A program made the translations under genes and the position numbers. Below, in pieces: positions 46,170 to 64,000 of a stretch of 64,000 nucleotides of DNA. The notes below the pieces were generated by a model. That model did not search any database. It was not told where the DNA came from and saw nothing but the letters and a program-made list of their open reading frames with translations. The stretch is taken from NCBI RefSeq assembly GCF_009914755.1, contig NC_060946.1, one strand, 5' to 3'. The DNA comes from the human T2T-CHM13v2.0 reference genome, Homo sapiens. Each line of letters starts with the position of its first letter. Positions within the stretch are counted from its first letter, which is position 1.

Positions 46170-49100
46170 ACTAGGTCTTGTTTTACAAATATTGCCTCAT
46201 TTGTCCTTCACAACAACCCTAAGAAGTACATATGAGTAGCCTGTTTCACAGTGATGAAACTGAGTCCCAGAGAGGTTAAATAGCTCCTCTGAGGTCACAG
46301 CTAGCACATGGATGCAGATTTGACTGCAGAACCCAGGCTTTTTACCAGTCAGCCAAACCGTTTCCCCAGAGGGAGTAGAAACTGATCTCTGTGGAGTGGG
46401 CTGGATATAGGGGATACAGTTCAGTCGGCTCTGTGCCTGTTTGGGTTATGTCTTTGAGACTGTGATTGTCTCCTGCCCTAAACACCAGTGAGGCTGGTGG
46501 GGGAGAGGCTAGAGGGGTGGGTTGCACAGAGGCAGCTTTATTCCTTGACTGAGCTTCAGCTCAGCCTCACAGGCTGCCTGTTGAGCTTGCAGAGAATGCC
46601 CGTCTCAAGTGTGTAGGTGCAGAGCTGCTGCCTGCGGGGCCAGAGCAGGGCTTGGGATTTGTATGCAGTTCATAGTGTACGACTGATGTAGGCAGCAAAA
46701 GAGAATTAGTCAGATGAGCGAATCTGTCATCAGCCTATTCCTTAAAGGAACCCCCTGCTGCCTTTGGTACCCATTTAGAGGCTTTGACTTGGAGAGACAT
46801 GGCTCCTTGCTCCCTTTCCAAGCCTCTGAAAAGGACTGCATCACTTTTGTTCCTGCCAGTTGCATAGCAACCAAGCTAGCTGACTGCCTGCTGGCAGGAG
46901 GGAATTGTTTAGCTTTGATTTCTTAGGAGAGGAGCCAGGCATCGCCTACCAGGAGGGGGAGAAAATTGTTAGAAGCCCTGCAATGGAGGTGTGGGAAGAT
47001 GCTTCTCCTTAGGAGGGTGTGGACTGATGTGCATTCCTGTGTTGCCCACTTAGACAGAGTCCACCTGAGACTTCTCTGCCAGGAAGGGCTAGGCAGTTAG
47101 TTGCTAAGAGATGTGAGCCCGAAGTCATCCTTCTGTGAAATGGGCTGCCGTGTAATGTATGAGTTCCCCACTGCTGGAGACAGCTTGGCTAGGTTGGGTG
47201 AGTGTGTTAGGCATTCAAATACAGAAGGAGTGGATAGATGAGGCCTTTTCAGTTCCATTTCAATTCCAAGATGTGCTGTCCTGGTGCTTGGGACCTGCTC
47301 TGGGGCTCTGGTCTTTGGTGGCTGGGGAGGGAGAAGTAGGCGGCATAGTGGAAAAACATCTGCCCGTAATCCTCTCCCCAGTACACAGGCAGGCCACGTT
47401 TTAGTAGCAGCATCTCATTCTCCCAGGCGAACTGAGTAATAGCAGCTTACGTTTATTGAATGCCTGCCAGAAGCCCAGCTACCAAGCTCTATGCCTTTCG
47501 TATATATTTTTTGTAATAGAATGCAGTATATTCATAAAAGCTCTCTTCTCCCCGTCCCAGTCCCCAGGGCAATTTTGTGTTTATCATTCTAGACTTTTCC
47601 TCTGTATTTACAAGTCTTTCTAATCCTCACAAAATCTCTGCCATTTTTGTTGTTGTTGTTGTTCTTCCGAGATGGAGTCTTGCTCTGTCACCCAGGCTGC
47701 AGTACAGTGGCTCGATCTTGGCTCACAGCAGCCTCAAACTCCTGGGCTCAAGCAATTCTCCCACCTCAGTCTCCTGAGTAGCTCAGACTATAGACACAGG
47801 CTAATTTTTGTATTTTTTTGTAGAGATGGGGGTCTCGCTTTGTTGCCTAAGCTGGTCTTGAACTCTGGGCTCAGGAGTGGTGGTGATCCACCTGTCTCGG
47901 CTTCCTAAAGTGCTGGGATTACAGGCATGAGCCATTACCCTCGGCCAAAATCTCTGCTCTTTTACCCCCATGTTACAGAAGAGGAAATTAAGGCTCAGAG
48001 AGGTAAAGAATCTTACCTGAGGTCCCACAGCTAGGGAAGCTGAGATTCCAAGCCAGATCCCTCCAGCCCTAGAGTGGATGCCATTTCTGTGACTCGGCAC
48101 TTGTCTTGGAGTGTTTCCATGATGGCACTCTGACAAGTGCTTGGTGACTTCTCTGTCAGTTGTTAAAGCAACTGTCTCAAGAGACCTGGCCTCTCCCGGA
48201 CCCTGGCCTGTTTGGGTGGCTCGGCACCCTCAGCTCTGTAGCTTGCTCTGTATGCTGGGGCTCACTGGTACATGGCTCCCCAACAAGCAGTGCTGTATGC
48301 ACCATGCTGGACAAGGTGGGCAGAAGCCTGCCCGAGAATAGGTCAGTCCGTTTCGATTGTAGTATTCTCTGAATACAACTGGTCCCAAGGGAAGACCTCC
48401 GACCTCCGTCCTTTGGGAAGAGAGGGCAGCATGTCTGACTTTGGCCGAGTGGGGTTGTGGGGAGTTCTGAGTGGGTGTACATGTGATGTGCCGTGGGGTG
48501 GGCCCTTTTCCCATCTGCCACAGCTCTGAACCCGTGCTGTTGCTCATCACGGCTTCTGCCAGAGGCACTTAACTTGAGTTTGAAAGCACAATCCAGAAGG
48601 CCGGTGGTCGTGTCACGGCTCTGCCTTCATCTGTTTCATCAGTAAGTCTTTCTTGAACTTCTTCTATGTGTTGGACATTGTCCTAGGTTCTGAATATATT
48701 GTGACCAGAATAGACCATTTTTTGTCCCCATGGAGCTTATATTTTAGTGGACTTTACTTTCCCATCTGGTCCAAGTCTCTGTCTTCTCATGTAAACAAGG
48801 GACAGAATGACCTGTAGTAGTCCCACTTGGCACAATTGTTAGGGTAAGAGAGCTGTTGTCATCTCGCCAGCAGCATCCTTTCTTCCCTTGTCTTGCCTAG
48901 CCGTGTGGTGCCTGGCTCCCCGGTGGGGGTCTGCTGTGGGGATGCCCCTTCCCTCAGCGTTTGCCCACTGTTCTGTGTTGGTAGATGCAGGATCAGCAGA
49001 GCCTCCCTTACTCCCTGGAAGCCCTGGAGATTTGTGGCTCATCCAGCTAGACTCAGCAAAGGCACTTAGGGTCAGCAGTTGGGACCAACAACCCCCTGGA

Positions 49101-49720
49101 GGACTCAGCCCACCTGGCCGCTGGGCCTGAAGCAGAGGTTGGGAGACACTGTCGGTAGCACAGGGAGAAAGTCTCGGCCTCTGCAAGTTCCCAGCTGTTT
49201 GACCTTAGGCAGGCCCCTTCCTGTCTCTGAGCCTCTGCAGCTTCAGGCAGTTAGGGAGGCTGAGCTATGCACAGCAAGGTTCACAAGAGTCACACAGAGA
49301 TGTGTGGGAGGTGATAGTTACTCCAAAACAGATCTGTGGGCATCTGGCTACTGGTCACCCTGATGGGAGACTCCCACTTAGGTGTAAAATTAGGAAGTTG
49401 TTTTGTGGCTGAGGAAGTGCTATAACGATGCTTAGGATGGAGAAGACATAATTGTGGTTTTCAGTGATTTGAAGGGCTGGTTGTGGAAGACTGACTAGCC
49501 TCATTTGATCTGGTTCCAAAGGATAGGACTAGGAAGTTAGGCCTGTCATGTGCCAGGCACTGGTCTAGGTTCTCTCCTTTCATCCTCACTGCAGCCTGTG
49601 AAGCATTATCCCCATTTACAGATGGGAAAAATTGATGTTTAGAGGGATTAAATAAAACCACAGAAGGTTATACAGCTTGTAAGGGGCAGAGCTGGGATTT
49701 GAGCCCAGATCTCCAAAGCT
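46170..49720. mobile_element. MIR fragments (about 46170-46345, 47960-48070, 49540-49720), AluJ (47645-47946 -) and an L2 piece (about 48640-48750)
   Basis: MIR core gaggaaa.tgag..ccagagaggttaa; Alu consensus. Confidence 0.7.
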
Positions 49721-50624
49721 GGAATGATGTAATGGGGGCACATTTTCATTTGATTTAAGAAGCATTAGTTTAAAATCTTAGAACTGACCAGTAGTAGAAT
49801 AGGCTTTTGGGAAGAGAGTGAGCTTCCAGACCTAGTCATGTTGAACCAGGGGGCTTATGGGAGTTGATGAGGGGAGATTTTCTGCCTCGAGGCCACCTCA
49901 GTCCTGCCCTCAGCCCCTTTGTTCCCCAGAAAGTGGGGGAAAGTGGAGGGCGAGGGCGCAGTGAAAGTATTTCTTCTAGATGAGGGCCTGGGATTTACCA
50001 GTGAGGATTTTACAAGGCCTGAGACGTAGGCTCCAAGTATGGGAAAAAATTTTCCCGTTTCCCAGTTTTGGGAAAACTGTGTTGGATGGCCTTATGGGTG
50101 ACCTCAGGAATGTCTCTGTGGCCTGAGGTTGAACTGAGCATTGAGTGTGTTTTACTTTTGGAATCAGGAAATAAAAACAGAACTCTGTAAAGTTATTTTT
50201 AAAAAATATGGCTGGGTGCAGTGGCTTATGCCTGTAATCCCAGCACTTTGGGAGGCCAAGGCGGGCGGATCACTTGAGGTCAGGAGTTCGAGACCAGCCT
50301 AGCCAACATGGCAAAACCCTGTCTTTACTAAAAATACAAAAATTAGCTGGGCGTGGTGGTGCATGCCTGTAATCCCAGCTACTCAGCAGGCTGAGGCAGG
50401 AGAATCGCTTGAACCCAGGAGGCAGAGGTTGTAGTGAGCCAAGGTTGCGCCACCGTATTCCAGCATGGGCGACAGAGTGAGACTCCGTCTTAAAAAAAAA
50501 AAAAAAGAAAATTAAAAATATGCCCAAGGCATCATCATCATCCTTCCTTAAATAATACTGGGCTGGGCATGGTGGCTTACACCTTTAATCCCAGCACTTT
50601 AGGAGGCTGCAGTGGGAGGATGGC

Positions 50625-50900
50625 AGATACTTGAGGATGTGTTCTCTCAAAACGACAGTAATCTAAGAAAAATCCATTGAATCCAGGAAACAAGAATCCA
50701 ACTCAAGAGGAGGACAGGATATTCTAAGGATACTAATGGATGTGAGTTCCAGAGAGGTATTAGACCTTATGGGGAAGGAGACAGAGGCTCCAGGAGATGA
50801 CGAGGCTGGTGGATCTCCTGACGCATTCATAATATCGAGTGTCGTAGCCGATGGAGAGTTTGAGAATGAATTTGTGATAAGTACACCAAGTGTTGAAGTT
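50625..50900 (+). mobile_element. Probable HAL1 (half-L1) fragment, preceded by an Alu (50209-50510) and a truncated Alu (about 50561-50620)
   Basis: gaggatgtgttctctcaaaacga...atccaggaaacaagaatccaac resembles my recollection of the HAL1 consensus. Confidence 0.5.
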
Positions 50901-51380
50901 TGTTGTCTTTGGGGCAGGGAAATGGGGGGTTGGGACTTGAGTCCTGGTTTCCTTTATAATGATAGTTTTTAAATTTTAATAATGCGTAAAGATGTTACTC
51001 TGATCAAAATAGAAAATTACATTAAAAACAAAAGTATCAAATACTACTAATAAAGATTAGTATTATCAGGGTTGTATTTGCTCAGAAACTTCAGCCCTGA
51101 CACCTGTTCAGTGTGGGTACAATGGATTCCATGGTACCAGGGATTGTGGGGAGGGAGAGATGCAGCATGGACTAGTGCTTGGTGCCTTGCTTGGAGTCAT
51201 TGAGTATTAGAGACCCACAAGATATCCTGTACCAGGCCAGGGAGCTGGTGGATGGGTAATGATGATAGATGTCCCTGGATGGGCTTCAGGGAGTCTGTAA
51301 AATTGTGTGTTTTATGATTTTTCTATATTTTCTCCATGAAATATATCTTGCTTTTTATAACGGAGGAAAAATTCTGGTAA

Positions 51381-54830
<3,450 letters not shown>

Positions 54831-55699
54831 TTTGAACTTGAACTCAAACATGATCTGGTTTGAGCCTGATAAAATCTTGCCTACTTTTGCGCTTGATTGC
54901 TCATATTTCTGTGGCCTCACTGAATCTTGCACCTAATGTGCACAATAGCAACTATAATACTACAGCACTTTCTGTTTTGGTGTCTTCCTTATTCTACCAG
55001 ATGGTAATCCTGACGGTAGGGGCCCCATGGTGGTGTTCCCAGTGTCCAATGTGGTACAACTAGGCATCCCTCAGGTGCGCTATAGCAGATGGGACGTGGG
55101 CATGTCAAGATAGTGAGCCCTGGCTTTACCCTACCCTAGCAGGGTGACATGCTGAGCCTGCCGGTTGCCTCCTGGCAGCAGTTTAGTCTGCTTACTGCTC
55201 TGTGGTGTCCAAATGTATTATTTTGTTAATGTGCCTTAACTTGGAAAAGCTTGGAAGCCTCATGGTAACAGCATTTGGCACCTAGGAAGGTATTCATTGT
55301 TAAATGAATTCTTTGTTAAGTGAGGTAGACTACAGGGATCATTCTCCCTGTTTTATAGAAGAAAGAGTAAGCTGTGTGACCAGCCAGTGGCCTGATCATA
55401 ATCGAGTGCTGTTCTGAGTCTCATGTGCGTTCTGGGGCAACACACTGGGTTGCATTTCACATGTGCACACATGTAGCTCGTTGCTTCCTTACCTGCATGT
55501 ACATGAAGGTGAAGGCTGTGGCTAAGCCAGAAGGGCCTGGGTTCTGGGGGTTTCTTCCTTGATACAGATAAATCCATTCTGACATTGCTGTGCTTTCCTC
55601 CAGGCCTTTGGGGATTAAGGGGGTTTACTGGAGAGCCTGCTTGCTGGGGAGGAATATTTATAGACTGTGAGCTGGAAGGAACTTTGGAGAACATCAGGT

Positions 55700-55856
55700 T
55701 CAGTGGTTACCAGATGTGGCTATCTCAGAGTAACCTGGTAATCTTTTACTGATGCTTAGGCCCTACTGCAGGTGATCTGGTTCAGAGCTCTGGGAGTGAT
55801 AGGGCTTAGAAGCTGAGTTTTTACAAAACCTTCCAGGTGATTTTGATACAGCTGGA
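55700..55856. mobile_element. MER5-type (hAT-Charlie) DNA transposon fossil
   Basis: cagtggtt...cagagtaacctgg...tttttacaaaaccttccaggtgattttgatacagc. Confidence 0.55.
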
Positions 55857-55879
55857 ATAATCCAGTTCCTCCTCCTCCC

Positions 55880-57540
55880 CTTTTTTTTTTGAGATAAGAT
55901 CTTGCTCTGTGGTCCAGGCTGGAGTGCAGTGGCACACATGATCACAGCCCACTGCAGCCTTGACCTTCTGGACTAAAGCTGTCCTTCCATCTCAGCATCT
56001 CAGGGAGCTGGGACTACAGGCGTGTGCCACCTTGCTCGGCTAATTTTGTTTATCCTTTGTGGAGACAGGGTCTCACTGTGTTGTCCAGGCTGGTCTCAAA
56101 CTCCTGGGCTCAAACCATCCTTCTGCCTTGGCCTCCCAAAGTGCTGGGATTACAGGTGTTGTGAGCCCTGCACTGGCCAAATAATAATACTCTTAATAGT
56201 AATACCCAGACCACATTCTTAATTTCTTCCAAAATGTCTTTGATAGCTATCTGTTTCCAAATCGAGATCTAATAAAAAACATACATTGCATTTGTTTTTC
56301 CATTTCTGCCTGTCTTAATCTACAGCAGCACCCCCGCTCCCTGCCCCAGCACTTTCTTCCCCATGACATTGACTCTTTGAAGAGACCAGGCCAGTTTTCC
56401 TGTAGAATGTCCACCTTCTGGGTTTCATTGTTCTTTTTTCCTCCTGCATTTCCCTTACTCTGGAGGTAAGGTTCCAAAGCTTGCTTAGATGCAGGTTAAA
56501 CATTCTGGGCAAGACTTCTTTATAGGTGAGGCCGTGTCACCAGGAGGCACCGGTGTCGGGTGGTCCTGCTGTCGGTGGTGCCGTGTTTGATCTCTGGGTT
56601 AAAATGGTGGTAATCAGATCCTGCTATTGTAAAGGTACATTTTTTTTTTCCTTTTCCTTCATAGTGATAACTTCCTGTAAGTAAACTTGCTGAAACAAAG
56701 GGTTTGCACATTTCAAAAAACCAAAACGCTTTTGATTATTGTCAAATTGCCGCTAAACAATTCTGCTATTCTATATTTTAAGGAGTATGCTTTTCTTCAC
56801 TATTTGCCTGGTTTATTTTTTCTTTTTCTGATTACAAAAGAAATGTATATATCATGCAACATTTAAAAGTTACAGGCCGGGCACGGTGTCTTACACCTGT
56901 AATCCTAGCACTTTGGGAGGCCCAGGCGGATGGATCACCTGAGGTCAGGAGTTCAAGACCAGCCTGGCAAACATGGTGAAACCCTGTCTTTACTAAAAAT
57001 ACAAAAATTAGCTGGGCGTGGTAGCACGTGCCTGTAGTCCCAGCTACTCAGTGGGGGGCTAAGGCAGGAGAATCGCTTAAACCCGGGAGGCGGAGGTTGC
57101 AGCCAGCCGAGACTGCGCCACTGCACTCCAGCCTGGGCGACAGAGCAAGACTCTGTGTCAAAAAAAAAAATTGTGGTCAAATCTAACAGAAAATTTGACA
57201 TTTTAACCACTTTCAGTGTTCAATTCATTAGTACTAATTATGTTCATAATGTTGTGCAACCATCACCATTATCTTCTTTGTAAACAGCTGTAGAGTGGCA
57301 TTCCATGGTGCATGAGCCAGAATTTATTCAATCAGTGCCCTGTGTATGGACAATTGGGTTGTTCTCTTAAAAACAGCGCCGCGGACAGTACCTTTGCCTG
57401 TCTCTCTGCTCTTTTATATATTTTAATTAGATAGTTTCCTGGAAGAGGGAAAGCTAGTCAAAGAGTGCAAACACTTTACATTTTAATATGTATTACCTAA
57501 TTGTCTTTCAAAATGTTGAACCTCTTTACAGTCTAACTAA
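55880..57540. mobile_element. AluJ (55880-56178 -), old L1M fragments (about 56200-56640, 57180-57540) and Alu (56875-57170 +)
   Basis: L1M-type ccatgacattgac...ttgaagag.ccaggccag...tgtagaatgtcc and ttttaaccac...gttgtgcaaccatcacca. Confidence 0.7.
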
Positions 57541-58049
57541 AAGCATCTAAGACTGATAAAGTATTGATTTGCCTTGATAACTGTTGGCTCTCACAAGACT
57601 AACTCAACCTGCTCTGTATTTTAATCCTGCTTAGTAAGGAAGAGCTGGTTGGGAAAGTAGAAGCAACATCCCTTTTTTTAACTAATTGGTATTTATGTAA
57701 CACCTCCTGTGTATCGGGCTTGCTTTTCAGGCCGGGGGATTTTAGTTATGAATAAACAGAGACAATCTCTCCCTAGTGGAGCTTACAGACTAAAATATTT
57801 GGAGACAGACATCATCTCATGAATGAAGTCAAGGAGAGGTAAAGGGCATATATAATAGGAGGCTCTCATAGGGCTGGGGATTCGGAGAAGGATTCCCTGA
57901 GAAAGTGAAATGTATTTGGAGTTTGATGGATCAACTGGATGTTCCCTAGGCAAAGGGCAGACTGGGAATGGAGGTGGACAGCAAACATTCCAAGCAGAAG
58001 AAAAACTGCATCTGTAAAGACCTGTGGCAGGTCCCTTTAGAATGTGTTC

Positions 58050-58450
58050 TGGCCAAGGAGGTTCATCATGTTCAGTGCCCTTGAGGAAGGCGGGTTCTGA
58101 ATTTCCCAGATACCAGATAGATGAGATCCCACTGCCAGGGGCCCATGAGCAGAAGGGGTTTGAGAGGGATGGGAGACTTTCCAAGGCAAATTCTAACAAA
58201 TTACAAATAATCTGGAGAGGAGAAAGAGAGGCACCTAAATAAATCAGTTTAGAGTTTTAGAATGACTTGTCCAAAGTTGGAAGGGGGTCAGGTAACCAAG
58301 GAGGAACAGTGCAGAGCAGCTGGAATACATCAGAAGGGGGTCAGGAATGCCAAAGGACCTGATGAGCTAAGGCTTCTGGAAAATGCTAATCAGCCACAAG
58401 GGCCTTTAAAACTGTCTGCAGTAAGAAAAATAAGAAGAGGCATGCTGTTT
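58050..58450 (+). mobile_element. Degenerate CR1/L3 LINE ORF2 fragment
   Basis: Translations GQVTKEEQ...GVRNAKGPDELRL and IDEIPLPGAHEQKG resemble CR1 ORF2 (GQVTxEEY...RKAKAQLELNL; GxIPWxxALEGKG) as recalled. Confidence 0.55.
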
Positions 58451-59122
58451 CTGGCAACATCCAGAGAACGAACACAATGTCACCACTTCTAGTTTTACGT
58501 TCATCTCCTTTATGGAGGAAACAATATAGTATAACACATGTGGAGTGCTTTTATTATGAATAGGCCATATGCCAAGCACTTTATGTAGATGATTTCATTT
58601 TTATCAATGCTGTGAAGTTTATCTTCATTTTATTTATGGCAAAACTAAGATGTGGGGAGCTTAAATAACTTCCCCAGGGTCACAGCAGTTAAGTGGTGGA
58701 GCTGGGTTGGGCAATCTGACTATAGTTCTTCAATCCGAACTACCACACTGTTCTGGGAAAGGAGGGGCCATATGAGGTGAGAGGGACTGGCCGAGATTCT
58801 AGAGGTAGCAGGATCTAGAAGAAGTGATCCATCACAGAAGGAGAGACCTGAGCTTGCATCCTGGAGTCAACTGCATACCAGCTATCGAATTCTGACTTAC
58901 CTCCCTGATCTCCAGTTTCCACATCTGTGAGATGGGAATAAGTTACTTGCACTGTTATATTGGGAATTCAAAATAGGCACAGAAAGTGCTTGGCATGGAA
59001 CAGATGCTTAATTAGTAATTTTTAATTTTTATTCTAAAAGCAGGGTAAATACCCAAAGCTAGTCTTTTATTTATTTATTTAACATATGAGAGATATGTGG
59101 TCCATGAATGAATGATATGTGG

Positions 59123-60120
<998 letters not shown>

Positions 60121-60493
60121 CATGGTGGCCTTGCCCTTGAAGTTAGTCTACAGGGTAAGCATATTTCTTGCCCATGTGTAGAGAATGAAATTTAAAAAAA
60201 AAAATACAGGGTAAGCATGTTGATATGGCCCCCTCTTTTAACAGTTTCCATGTGACATTTCATGCACTACAGCCTCTCACTGCTCTGAAGCCAGGAGTCA
60301 AGCTGAGATTTCCCCTGAGGACTGGAGAAGATAGGTGAACTGGCAAAGACTGAAAGTCTAGCTGTCTTTTACTTTTTTGTTGCAATGAGCAGATAGACTA
60401 GTGAGAATGAGTGTTTCATCCTTACTAATTTATAAACCTAAGCTGTTCAATCTGGCAATTTAAAATTCAGTGACATAAGAAATTCCATTCCTT

Positions 60494-64000
<3,507 letters not shown>

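Overview
Primate, almost certainly human, genomic DNA from the TOB2-PHF5A-ACO2 locus (22q13.2 in human, from recalled gene order). It contains the complete TOB2 gene on the - strand (single coding exon 3145-4179, 344 aa, about 2.8 kb 3'UTR, non-coding first exon in a CpG island near 13.2-13.7 kb). It also contains the complete 4-exon PHF5A gene on the - strand (110 aa SF3b subunit, with a 24-nt microexon). ACO2 is represented by its first exon and most of intron 1 on the + strand; it shares a bidirectional promoter of about 0.5 kb with PHF5A and carries the known iron-responsive element over its start codon. The rest is very Alu-dense (more than 60 Alu segments by eye, many nested), with MIR, L2, MaLR LTR, L1/HAL1, CR1/L3 and MER5 fossils. 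Nearly all other ORFs in the track are Alu-derived or GC-rich artefacts. I found no new protein-coding system. The most interesting unexplained structures are four. (1) A 46-bp element present twice, 1049 bp apart, in the TOB2 3'UTR. (2) An exact 57-bp direct repeat bracketing the last coding segment of PHF5A. (3) A tailless Alu in ACO2 intron 1 whose 3' end was replaced by an inverted copy of itself, giving a 70-nt hairpin. (4) Two extra ZNF143/NF-Y-type promoter-like modules around TOB2. Repeat boundaries and subfamilies are by eye and approximate.
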